The notes: generated by a model not told the origin, from the letters alone. A DNA stretch of 64,000 nucleotides from Patescibacteria group bacterium (GCA_018971305.1 JAGXBC010000003.1:28325-92324), one strand, 5' to 3'; numbered from the stretch's first letter, positions 8,295 through 17,251 are shown. A program made the numbers and translations.

Positions 8295-11200
8295 TTACGC
8301 CTCCAGCCTTACCGCTTCTTCGCAGATTATTTTTGGTTCGTTGTCGCGCCAGTTCATTCGGCCGTCCACGAGTACAACATTATTGTTTTCCCAAATCGCT
8401 GCGTTCTTAACGAGGATGCTATTGAAAACAACCACCTCTATTGATTGTTGTGATTTGTCTTCAATCGTTGCGAAAAGCATCGGCTGGCCGGTTTTCGTAA
8501 ATATTTTGTGTACCTTAGTAATAAGTCCAGCACAGCGCACCATGCCGTTCACGTCCTTTAGTTTTCGCAGGGTTTCTACGGAGCTTGCTTTAGCCTCTAT
8601 TATTCTTTGCGTATGGGAATTCATTGGATGGTCGGAAAGATAAAATCCCAGAAGTTCCTTCTCCCATTTAAGCTTTTCCTCTTTTATTGCCGGAATTGCC
8701 GGCTTCAGTTTCAGTGTCGGTGTTGGTGCGGCCCCAAAAAGTGAATTGGCTCGGCCATTATCTCCCAGTCCTTTCTTGAGCGAGGAGGAAAATCTCAGAA
8801 CATCATCCAGATTTTGCAGAACCTGGTTACGTTCAACGCCAAGTGATTCAAGGGCGCCGCACTTTGCCATGCTCTCCAAAGATTTTTTATTTAGGTCTTT
8901 GTGTTGGACGCGTTTTAATAGGTCTTCCAGACTCTTGAATTCTCCTCCGCGAATTCTTTCTTCGATAATGTTTCTTGTTATCTCGCTGCCGACATTTTTG
9001 ATAGCCAGAAGCCCGAATCTTATTTTAGGGCCTTCGGGAGTGAAGCTCACAAAGCTTTTATTTATATCCGGGGGCAGGATTTCCAATCCGGATTGCTTGG
9101 CTTCGCCGATAAGCAGGGCAATGCGGTCTAGATCCGACATTTCGGCGTTTAGGAGGCCAGCCATGAATTCCTCCGGATAATGGGCCTTGAGGTATGCGGT
9201 GCGATAGGCAATCGTGGCGTAGCAGGCCGAATGGGCCTTGTTAAAACCATAGCGGGCAAATGGTTCAATAAGTTCCCAGGTCCTGTCGGCGATGCTTTGC
9301 GGGATGTTGTTTTTGAGGCAGCCGTTAATAAATTTCTCTCGTTGCTCGTCAAGCAGACTTTTTATCTTTTTGCCCACTGCTTTTATGAGGAGATATCCTT
9401 CGCCGCGGGTAAGGCCCGCAAGTTTTGTAGCCATATCCATAACTTGTTCTTGATAGACGATGACTCCATAGGTGCTTTCCAGGATTTCTTTCATTATCGG
9501 GTGAAGATAGGTGATTTTTTCTTTGCCGTGTTTGCGGTTGATATATGTGGGAATAAGTTCCATCGGTCCAGGGCGGAAGAGGGCGACGAGGGCTATAAGG
9601 TCTTCAATCCTGGTTGGTTTGAGGTCTTTCATATAACGCTTCATACCGCTCGATTCAAACTGGAAGACTCCGGTGGTGTCTGCCGCCTGCAGCAGCTGGA
9701 ATGTTTTTTCGTCGTCAAGGGGAATATTGGAGATATCGATATCCACTCCGCGTGTGTCTTTTATCAGCCGCACCGCGTCTTCTATAATGGTTAGATTTTT
9801 AAGCCCGAGAAAATCTATTTTAAGAAGACCGAGGTCTTCAATCGCGTGCATTTCAAATTGCGTGATGATGGTGCTTTGGTCTTGCGGCGCGAACTGAAGC
9901 GGCACCAATTCCATGAGCGGATCTTTAGAAATCACTGTGGCACAGGCGTGAACGGAAGCGTGGCGGGCGACGCCTTCAAGATGAGACGCCACATCCAGAA
10001 CTTTTTTGGCATCCTCGTTTTTTGCATACAGCTCGGCAAGCTCGGGAACTTTTTCTATGGCGTCTTTTAGTTTGAAGCTGAACGGGATAAACTTGGCGAT
10101 CTGATCGCAAAAGCCATAACTCAATCCCATCGCCCGGCCAGCATCGCGCACGGCCGCGCGCGCGGCCATTGTTCCGAAAGTTATGATCCGGGCCACATGG
10201 TCTTCGCCGTATTTTTCTCTGGCGTAGGCGAGCACTTCGTCCCGCCTCCTGTCGGAAAAATCAATATCAATATCAGGCATCTGCACGCGCTCAGGATTAA
10301 GGAAGCGCTCAAATAGAAGTCCATAAGAAAGGGGATTAATATCCGTGATGTTGATGATATAAGAAACTATGCTTCCTGCAGCCGAGCCGCGCCCGGGGCC
10401 TACGGCGATACCGTGAGTCTTCGCCCAGTTTACGAGATCCTGGACTATCAAGAAATAGTCGGCAAATCCGGTCTTCACGATAACATCCAATTCGTAATTG
10501 ATTCGTGCCAATACTTCCTGAGTTTGTTCTTCTTGCGGGAATCTTTTGACTAGTTCTTGCATGACGAGTTCGCGAAGATAATCGTTGGCAGTTTTTCCCG
10601 GAGGTTTTGGGAAGTCGGGAAGAATAGGATTGCCGAGGGCAAGAGTTACGTTGCAGCGTTCGGCGATCTTCGCGGTTATCTCTATTGCTTCCGGAACAGC
10701 CGAGAATCTTTTCGCCATATCTTCCGGCGAGATGATTGCAAAATTATCTTCCTTCATAGAGAGACGGTCGTCGTCCGAAAGCTTGTTCCCGGTTTGCACG
10801 GCGAGGAGGACGTCGTGGTATTCGGCGTCTTCCGGGCGGGCGTAATGGCTATCTTGAGTCGCTACGAGGGGAATGCCGGTGGCTTTAGAAAGCGCTATCA
10901 GATTCGCTTCAATTTTTTCCGAATCGGGAATGTGCGGATGTTTTTGGATTTCTAAAAAATAATTTCCTTTGCCGAATATTATTTCGTACTCGCGAGCTAT
11001 CTCCTCCGCTTGTTTCGGTTTATCGGCTAAGAGCGCTCTAGCCACTTCGCCGCCAAGACAAGCAGACAGGGCAATAAGCCCTTCGTGGTGTTCGCGGAGA
11101 AGATCTTTGTCCACGCGCGGTTTGTAATAGAATCCTTCGAGGTGTGCCTTGGTTACGAGTTTGACCAGATTCTTCCAGCCGATTTCATTTTCCGCCAAAA

Positions 11201-11465
11201 GAATAAGGTGATGATAGCGTTCGCCCGGTTCCTTGCTGAATCTATCGCGGGGAGCGACGTATGTTTCTACTCCCAAAATCGGCTTAATGCCGGCCTTCGT
11301 TGCTTTTTTATAAAACTCCACTGCACCATAGAGTGCGCCGTGGTCCGTTACCGCTATGGAGTCCATTCCGAGCTCTTTTACGCGTGAGACGATATCGTCA
11401 ATTTTCGCTAGACCATCAAGCAGGGAATAGTGGGAATGGATGTGGAGGTGAGTGAATTTGGGCAT
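8295..11465 (-). CDS. dnaE: DNA polymerase III alpha subunit
   Basis: PHP domain HLHIHSHYSLLDG; GPGRGSAAGS, PDIDIDF, GLLKIDFLGL, YGFNKAH; start MPKF preferred (alternative 11483). Confidence 0.97.
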   Translation of the reverse strand: MPKFTHLHIHSHYSLLDGLAKIDDIVSRVKELGMDSIAVTDHGALYGAVEFYKKATKAGIKPILGVETYVAPRDRFSKEPGERYHHLILLAENEIGWKNLVKLVTKAHLEGFYYKPRVDKDLLREHHEGLIALSACLGGEVARALLADKPKQAEEIAREYEIIFGKGNYFLEIQKHPHIPDSEKIEANLIALSKATGIPLVATQDSHYARPEDAEYHDVLLAVQTGNKLSDDDRLSMKEDNFAIISPEDMAKRFSAVPEAIEITAKIAERCNVTLALGNPILPDFPKPPGKTANDYLRELVMQELVKRFPQEEQTQEVLARINYELDVIVKTGFADYFLIVQDLVNWAKTHGIAVGPGRGSAAGSIVSYIINITDINPLSYGLLFERFLNPERVQMPDIDIDFSDRRRDEVLAYAREKYGEDHVARIITFGTMAARAAVRDAGRAMGLSYGFCDQIAKFIPFSFKLKDAIEKVPELAELYAKNEDAKKVLDVASHLEGVARHASVHACATVISKDPLMELVPLQFAPQDQSTIITQFEMHAIEDLGLLKIDFLGLKNLTIIEDAVRLIKDTRGVDIDISNIPLDDEKTFQLLQAADTTGVFQFESSGMKRYMKDLKPTRIEDLIALVALFRPGPMELIPTYINRKHGKEKITYLHPIMKEILESTYGVIVYQEQVMDMATKLAGLTRGEGYLLIKAVGKKIKSLLDEQREKFINGCLKNNIPQSIADRTWELIEPFARYGFNKAHSACYATIAYRTAYLKAHYPEEFMAGLLNAEMSDLDRIALLIGEAKQSGLEILPPDINKSFVSFTPEGPKIRFGLLAIKNVGSEITRNIIEERIRGGEFKSLEDLLKRVQHKDLNKKSLESMAKCGALESLGVERNQVLQNLDDVLRFSSSLKKGLGDNGRANSLFGAAPTPTLKLKPAIPAIKEEKLKWEKELLGFYLSDHPMNSHTQRIIEAKASSVETLRKLKDVNGMVRCAGLITKVHKIFTKTGQPMLFATIEDKSQQSIEVVVFNSILVKNAAIWENNNVVLVDGRMNWRDNEPKIICEEAVRLEA

Positions 11466-11618
11466 GAAATATTTTTTAATCATAAAGAATTTTTACCTAT
11501 TTTGGAAGGGGCAATTACATTAAATTGCGCCAAGTTTTTCTTTTTGCTACCATTTCTATGGGTTTCAGGGACGCCACCTTAGCTCTCCGCCATCTGGTGG
11601 AAGCAGGAGTTACTGAAT

Positions 11619-11690
11619 GCCACCTTAGCTCAGCGGCAGAGCAACTGTTTTGTAAACAGTAGGTCCCCGGTTCAAATCCGGGAGGTGGCT
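11619..11690 (+). tRNA. tRNA-Thr(TGT)
   Basis: Acceptor GCCACCT/AGGTGGC; anticodon arm ACTGT-TTTGTAA-ACAGT; T-loop GTTCAAATC. Confidence 0.95.
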
Positions 11691-11723
11691 CAGAGCCTAC
11701 CGGATTTGAACGGTAGGTGTGTC

Positions 11724-11795
11724 GCCGGAGTAGTTCAGTGGCAGAACACTTTCATGGTAAGAAAGGGGTCGGGAGTTCGATTCTCCCCTCCGGCT
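11724..11795 (+). tRNA. tRNA-Thr(GGT)
   Basis: Acceptor GCCGGAG/CTCCGGC; anticodon arm CTTTC-ATGGTAA-GAAAG; GTTCGATTC. Confidence 0.95.
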
Positions 11796-11803
11796 CACGT
11801 TAG

Positions 11804-11858
11804 AATTTATTAGTGAGGAACGAACTTAGAAATTCGTTACGCCCCGCCAGCGGCGGGG
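11804..11858 (+). repeat. tRNA-3'-associated repeat plus GC palindrome
   Basis: AATTTATTAGTGAGGAACGAACTTAGAAATT is 27/31 identical to the reverse complement of 29027-29057; followed by CCCCGCCAGCGGCGGGG. Confidence 0.75.
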
Positions 11859-11870
11859 AAAGCAAGGCAT

Positions 11871-12113
11871 ATGTACTACGTTTACATATTAAAATCCAGT
11901 AAAACTGGCAAATATTATATCGGTTATACCAGCGACTTGAAGAAAAGATTGAATTATCACAATAATGGGCGAACGCCTTCATTACGAAAGCATATCCCTC
12001 TTGGGGTTGCCAGGATTGAGGAATTCCGCTATTATGATGATGCTCGGAAACGAGAGCGACAAATTAAAAGTTATAAATCTGGCGAAGCTTTTAAAAGGTT
12101 ACTAAAGTCGTGA
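11871..12113 (+). CDS. Stand-alone GIY-YIG nuclease (UPF0213-like)
   Basis: YYVYIL...YYIGYTSDLKKRLNYHN...ARKRERQIKS. Confidence 0.92.
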   Translation: MYYVYILKSSKTGKYYIGYTSDLKKRLNYHNNGRTPSLRKHIPLGVARIEEFRYYDDARKRERQIKSYKSGEAFKRLLKS

Positions 12114-12176
12114 CCACCACCGCCTTCGGCGGGGTATAAGATTTTGTAATCTCGCTTCGCTCAAACAAAATCTAAT

Positions 12177-12356
12177 ATGGCAAAATCAAAGCATTCAGAC
12201 AACTTAATAGTTCTGCGCTGCTCCGTCTGTAAGCGGAGGAATTACTACGCGAGTAAGAATAAAAAGAAAGTTGAACGCAAGCTGGAATACAAGAAGTATT
12301 GCAAGTGGTGCAGAAAACCCACCGTTCATAAGGAGGCCAAGATAGGAGGTAAATAA
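12177..12356 (+). CDS. rpmG: 50S ribosomal protein L33 (Zn-binding form; absent from ORF track, 59 aa)
   Basis: MAKSKHSDNLIVLRCSVCKRRNYYASKNKKKVERKLEYKKYCKWCRKPTVHKEAKIGGK; next to tRNA-Trp. Confidence 0.95.
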   Translation: MAKSKHSDNLIVLRCSVCKRRNYYASKNKKKVERKLEYKKYCKWCRKPTVHKEAKIGGK

Positions 12357-12417
12357 TATTTTGGCAATAAGTTAGAATTTAGAGGTCGTATCCCCCGGGG
12401 ATGTTCTCGGGATACGT

Positions 12418-12488
12418 GGGGGCATCGTTCAGTGGTAGGACAGCGGTCTCCAAAACCGCTAACGTGGGTTCGATTCCTACTGCCCCCG
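12418..12488 (+). tRNA. tRNA-Trp(CCA)
   Basis: Acceptor GGGGGCA/TGCCCCC; anticodon arm GCGGT-CTCCAAA-ACCGC; GTTCGATTC. Confidence 0.95.
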
Positions 12489-12489
12489 C

Positions 12490-12670
12490 TAGCAAAAACT
12501 GATATTCACTATGAGTATCAGTTTTTGGTATTGAGTACGAGGAATCGAACAGGAAAGGGGTCGGGAAAACTCTAGTTTTCCCGTGGCGGAAATATTAAAA
12601 CCGAGGGGTTTTAAAAGCGAGCGTAGCGAGCGCGTGAGATTCCCTTGGGCCATAGGCCTACTGCCCCCGC
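12490..12670. mobile_element. Candidate MITE-like non-coding element at the tRNA-Trp 3' end
   Basis: 14-bp direct repeat of tRNA 3' end (12476-12489 = 12657-12670), antisense T-arm copy, several hairpins. Confidence 0.6.
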
Positions 12671-12742
12671 CCTCCGTATACATTGATTTTCCCCAAGTCG
12701 TGCTTCGCTTGTGTTTATAACCACTATGGTATAATTAACTTA

Positions 12743-13816
12743 ATGAATCGCCAAGGTTTTGCGCCGATAATCATCCTGCTTATTGTGGCGGGAATGTTAG
12801 TGATCGGCGGCGGTATTTGGTATTACAAAGCACATCCACCCGCAGCGTCATTAAATCAGCAGCAAAGTGAGTCTTCTACCTCTTCAGCCGCCACAACTGC
12901 GGGACCAATGGTCTGCGCCGCAAACGATATACATTGTCTCGCAGCCGCCGCCCAAAACTGCTCTCAGGCGAGCGTGGAATGGACACAAACATCAACCGTT
13001 CAAAATGTCTTCAATCAGACCACACAAATCAATCTCGCTATTAAAGGTCTTGATGCTACGGGGCGGTGTTCTTTTTCTGCCCGCATGGACAGCGTTGATC
13101 TCAGTTTAACAACGCAAGAGGAACAACAGGCGAAAGCGGCAGGGAACTCGGACGCGCGCATTCAACAGTTGTTACAGGGAGCAACGACTTTGGCGAGACA
13201 ACAATCGGTTGGTGCCGTTATTTCCTGTAGTTTCGCATCCAACAATCTCGTTCAGATACTCAATGATTTTGGCACGGCCAATCTTACATCGGACAATTGC
13301 ACCAAGACGTCCCCGGCCGGCACTAGTGTGCCGCTGCCTACGGGAACATCACCCGCACCAACCGGTGAACAATCCACCAGCTCTCCAATCTCTATTTCTC
13401 CTGCATCAACTTGGAGGACATATAGCGACAGTCAAGTAGGAATGACTATTCCATATCCGCCGAATTCTTCTCTGAGCGCCACTTTTTATATCGCAGGTTC
13501 AAGAACCATTACAATACTTAGTTCACAGTTGCGTGTGACAATTAACGTATCGCCTGCAAGTCGCTATAGCGTTTCTGGGCAAGCTGCAATTTACGAAGGT
13601 CAATTACAAAGTTATCCGACTTATTCAACCACCACGGCTAGCATAGCTGGTTATCCCACTCAAGTAATTTCGGCCGGTGATTCGTCCCTGGAACATGTTG
13701 CGTATGTGTTCGCAGCGGGTTCCCGAATATTCGACATCGACACTGCCTATGCTGGTTCTCTCGCAAAAGCCGATCTCGATAAGATGATTGGGGGGATTAC
13801 TATGATTGGGCAATAG
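12743..13816 (+). CDS. Secreted/membrane-anchored protein with pilin-like (GF + hydrophobic) N-terminus
   Basis: MNRQGFAPIIILLIVAGMLVIGGGIWYY; Cys pairs; S/T/P linker; WRTYSD...YP C-terminal domain (PsbP-like, inferred). Confidence 0.7.
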   Translation: MNRQGFAPIIILLIVAGMLVIGGGIWYYKAHPPAASLNQQQSESSTSSAATTAGPMVCAANDIHCLAAAAQNCSQASVEWTQTSTVQNVFNQTTQINLAIKGLDATGRCSFSARMDSVDLSLTTQEEQQAKAAGNSDARIQQLLQGATTLARQQSVGAVISCSFASNNLVQILNDFGTANLTSDNCTKTSPAGTSVPLPTGTSPAPTGEQSTSSPISISPASTWRTYSDSQVGMTIPYPPNSSLSATFYIAGSRTITILSSQLRVTINVSPASRYSVSGQAAIYEGQLQSYPTYSTTTASIAGYPTQVISAGDSSLEHVAYVFAAGSRIFDIDTAYAGSLAKADLDKMIGGITMIGQ

Positions 13817-14229
13817 CCCTAACACCTTCGGAAAGCCTGCTCGCCATCGTCAAGCCGTCCCTTCGTAGACCGCTTCCACGCAGAACATTCTTCCCCGACG
13901 ATCTCTCGATAGGAATTTCAGCCGTTCCGGGGGCGGGCAATGCTACGGGCAGTTCTGCCCGTAGCAATCTTCCAATTTCTGCTGAATTTTCAATGCTTTC
14001 GAGGTTAGACAAAAACCCTACTTGCGTGTGTTCTCGCGCTCATCCGCGCTTCGAGTGAGCTCTCGAATACATGCCATCGCAGACGTGAGAGATGGGTCCT
14101 GGGCGTTAATGAGGGCTCCTATATCCCTCACGTAGCTCCGCTCCTATTATCGTTTTTAACAGGTGATTAATTTGCCTGGAAATTTCCATTTTTGCGATAA
14201 ATTGCTAATCTGTTAATGAAGTTATTAAA

Positions 14230-14301
14230 GGGCCGTTAGCTCAGTGGTAGAGCGCCTCATTTGCAATGAGGAGGCCACCGGTTCGATCCCGGTACGGTCC
14301 A
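14230..14301 (+). tRNA. tRNA-Ala(TGC)
   Basis: Acceptor GGGCCGT/ACGGTCC with G3:U70; anticodon arm CCTCA-TTTGCAA-TGAGG. Confidence 0.95.
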
Positions 14302-14389
14302 CGTTTTTATATGGTATTGCTTTTTAGATAGGATATGGTATAATGAGACGCAGATGTTGCAAATAAATTTTGTTTAGAGGAGAAAAACT

Positions 14390-14599
14390 ATGGTAGTGGA
14401 AGTAATGACAGTGAAAGTTGGGGTAGTCGTGAAAAGCGCGAGGTTCTCGTTGGATGTGGCGAGCGTCGACCAGAACACATTAAGTTTCTCCCATAAAGTC
14501 TGCGGTGGTTGCGGGGCCAGGTTTGGCTCCGCGGAACGATTCCATATCCACGGGAAGAGCGTTTATAAGAATACGGCCTTCCCGGATCGAAAGCATTAA
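14390..14599 (+). CDS. Small hypothetical protein, possible zinc finger
   Basis: TGGTATAAT promoter, AGAGGAG SD, CGGC...HIH motif, strong terminator after it. Confidence 0.55.
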   Translation: MVVEVMTVKVGVVVKSARFSLDVASVDQNTLSFSHKVCGGCGARFGSAERFHIHGKSVYKNTAFPDRKH

Positions 14600-14609
14600 T
14601 TTCTCCTGC

Positions 14610-14647
14610 GTGGCGCCTCATCGTGAGGCGCCACATTTCTTTTTTTT
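14610..14647 (+). terminator. Rho-independent terminator
   Basis: GTGGCGCCTCA-TCG-TGAGGCGCCAC followed by ATTTC and T8. Confidence 0.85.
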
Positions 14648-14678
14648 GGAGTCTTGTTTTAGAATCATTCATGAAGAT

Positions 14679-14765
14679 GGTGGGGTGGCTGAGTGGCCGA
14701 AGGCGCCGCACTCGAAATGCGGTATACTCGAAAGGGTATCGTGAGTTCGAATCTCACCCCCACCG
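14679..14765 (+). tRNA. tRNA-Ser(CGA)
   Basis: Acceptor GGTGGGG/CCCCACC; anticodon arm CCGCA-CTCGAAA-TGCGG; long variable arm. Confidence 0.95.
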
Positions 14766-14848
14766 CACTCAGTACTTTTTATCGGCAGACGCGAGTGCAT
14801 AAAAATTATTGTTGAACGTTAAATATTTCAAGGTTGGCGACATAGTTA

Positions 14849-15469
14849 ATGACAAAAAATAAAAACATGACTCCCATTGAGGCGGAAAAAATCATAGAAA
14901 CATTTCACCAATCCATAATGGATTTGCGCCCCAATGCTATTGTGCAGTCAGCGAAAGAGTTGCCTTATACTTCTGCCAGGATCAAATTTGCACACTTTAT
15001 TTATGGGGAGCACTTAATTAAAAATGGTTTTTATATCGAAGGAAAAACGCCGGAGGAAACATCACAATTATTTGAAAAAAAATATCAAGAATTGATGGAG
15101 TCTTACGGACTGATTGACTCACTTTTTAGCGAGGAACCGGAGCCAATAAATATTGAATATAGAAAATACTTAGCAGGATTAAAAAATGGCGTAATTACTA
15201 ATTTTCACATACCAAATCCGTTTGGTGAATGCGGGCCGGTAAATGAATATCATAACTTCGTCGGTGAATGTTGGTTTTTAGAGCATCGTACAAATCTATT
15301 CAGCGATAATCCATTGGGAGCTTTTATTTATGAAGCTATCCGCAATAAGGCAATACAGGAAAAAGATACAAAAACACTTATCGAAATTGTTAATACCGCC
15401 AAAACTAGAGCCGTTGTTTTTCCAGGCAGAAGAACCAACAAGAAATCAATTTTTATTGAGCCAAATTAA
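14849..15469 (+). CDS. Hypothetical protein (AT-rich, downstream of tRNA-Ser)
   Basis: 206-aa ORF, no recognised motif. Confidence 0.7.
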   Translation: MTKNKNMTPIEAEKIIETFHQSIMDLRPNAIVQSAKELPYTSARIKFAHFIYGEHLIKNGFYIEGKTPEETSQLFEKKYQELMESYGLIDSLFSEEPEPINIEYRKYLAGLKNGVITNFHIPNPFGECGPVNEYHNFVGECWFLEHRTNLFSDNPLGAFIYEAIRNKAIQEKDTKTLIEIVNTAKTRAVVFPGRRTNKKSIFIEPN

Positions 15470-15472
15470 AAT

Positions 15473-16012
15473 ATGGGCGAAGAAGAAATCATAAAATTGA
15501 TAAAATCTAAATCTCAAGCCGTCGCCGAAAACTTACTTTTAACCCCCGAACTTACCAAAATCAAAGAACAGATCGAGAAATTTTTAGACCAGAACCTAAA
15601 AGGCGATGGTTTGTTATCGTTACGTTATCGTAAATTTAAACTTCCTAACAAGCAGAGGACCTTGTGGTCGGACACAAGCGGATTTCCAATTGGTGGCGAA
15701 AATTGGATAAAGCCATATATAGATTTTTTCGAGCAGTATATAACGGAAAAGAAAATCGTAAATCGGCTTGAAGATGAAAAACTTTGGGTTGAATCAAGAA
15801 CGCGGGGCAATGAGCAGCATCTATTGATTGGCGACAAGCAGAACGATGGGCAAAAAGTTCATTTGGTTTTTGGCGAAACCGGAGAAATAAGAATTGATAA
15901 AAAAGATCAACCCCCGGCCGAAGTTTTTAGAAAGGTAGAATCGGTATTAACTAAATCGGACGGGGACACCGTAAAATCGACATTGGAGTTCTTCAGAGAT
16001 AAGGTTGATTAA
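15473..16012 (+). CDS. Hypothetical protein (AT-rich)
   Basis: 179-aa ORF starting 3 nt after the previous stop. Confidence 0.7.
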   Translation: MGEEEIIKLIKSKSQAVAENLLLTPELTKIKEQIEKFLDQNLKGDGLLSLRYRKFKLPNKQRTLWSDTSGFPIGGENWIKPYIDFFEQYITEKKIVNRLEDEKLWVESRTRGNEQHLLIGDKQNDGQKVHLVFGETGEIRIDKKDQPPAEVFRKVESVLTKSDGDTVKSTLEFFRDKVD

Positions 16013-16260
16013 AATTTGTCGCCAAGCCCTAAAGGTGTCGCGACTCGGAGGCCTCAGTGAACCGGCAGAAGGCATGCTAAAATACCCTTATAAACTTGCT
16101 ACTGGGGGCACTTAACTCCAGTGGCCCGCCAAGACAATTTATCATTATCGGATGAAGGGCCGGTAATTGACAAACTGATGGTATTTTGCAAAACTCCAGT
16201 CAGTTCTGGTGGGTTTATATTGGTACAGACCCCCCAATCTGATAGGGAGGTATAGAGATA

Positions 16261-16608
16261 ATGGTAAAAATATTCAGAGAGTTCTTCGGGCCTCGTCTGA
16301 ATGGGATTTTGGGATTTCTTTTGCGCTCGGTAGTCCACGGTATCGTGCTGAATATATTTTGGGGATGGTTTATCATTCCTTATTTCCCCTTGCCAAAATT
16401 GCCGCTGCCAGTCGCGATGGGAATTTATCTGATGATAGCTTTCGTTAAGCGCGACTATAGAAGCGATCTCATGAAACATTCCGAAATGATTGATTATGAC
16501 AACGAAGAAGCGGTTAAGCGGCTCTACGGGATAATGATGATGCGTGCCCTGTCCGCGTTAACGGCCGGGTGGCTGATCCATTTATTATGCCTGAAATTTA
16601 TCCGCTAA
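16261..16608 (+). CDS. Hypothetical membrane protein
   Basis: AGGGAGG SD, about 3 hydrophobic segments, hairpin and T-run at ~16677-16709. Confidence 0.6.
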   Translation: MVKIFREFFGPRLNGILGFLLRSVVHGIVLNIFWGWFIIPYFPLPKLPLPVAMGIYLMIAFVKRDYRSDLMKHSEMIDYDNEEAVKRLYGIMMMRALSALTAGWLIHLLCLKFIR

Positions 16609-16744
16609 CAAAAAATATGACAGCCTATACAAGATTTGCATCGGAAAACATTATTAATTCGCTAATATTTTTTACCGGCGGCCCGCGATAACGGCCGCTT
16701 TTTATTTTCTGGTAATCGCCGGTGGGATTTTATAAACTTTAGTA

Positions 16745-17251
16745 ATGCAGGAATATCTAAGCGATGCGGTTGTTTTGGATAAGGTTCAGAATGGCGATAT
16801 GGACAGCAGGTTTTTTATGTTTACCAAGAAATTCGGTAAGCTGGCGGCCAAGGCGAAAAGCGCAAGGAAAATAACTTCCAAGCTTGCCGGACATTTGCAG
16901 CCGGGGAATTTGGTGAGCGCGCGTTTTATAGAAAGGAACGGTTTGCAGGTGGTTGATGCCTTGAAGCGGAACAAATTAAACATAGGGCTTACCGAGTTAT
17001 ATTTTTTAAACAAATTACTTCACGAAGCCGAGCCGGAACAGCGTCTTTGGCACCTACTCGTTTCGGAACGCTTTGATTGGATTGAAATTCTTAGGATATT
17101 GGGTTGGGACGCCGATGAAACATCGTGTCAAAACTGCAACACCGGAAAACCGGTGGCATTTGACATTGGGGTACAGGAATTTTTGTGTGAAAATTGTGCT
17201 ATAAAAACACCGGCGGATAAGTTATTATATATAGTAAATGGCAAAGGATAG
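16745..17251 (+). CDS. recO: DNA repair protein RecO (short form)
   Basis: AVVL...D...FTKKFGKL.AKAKSARKITSKLAGHL OB-fold; CQNC...CENC zinc finger. Confidence 0.8.
   Translation: MQEYLSDAVVLDKVQNGDMDSRFFMFTKKFGKLAAKAKSARKITSKLAGHLQPGNLVSARFIERNGLQVVDALKRNKLNIGLTELYFLNKLLHEAEPEQRLWHLLVSERFDWIEILRILGWDADETSCQNCNTGKPVAFDIGVQEFLCENCAIKTPADKLLYIVNGKG

Noticed and set aside
13816-14010. Integron attC site (CCCTAAC...GTTAGAC)
   Set aside because: About 190 bp is too long, the left end does not match RYYYAAC, there are no clear L boxes and no integrase
16020-16137. Intact group I intron
   Set aside because: Only a partial P6/P7-like motif; no P7 partner strand and no interrupted host gene identified
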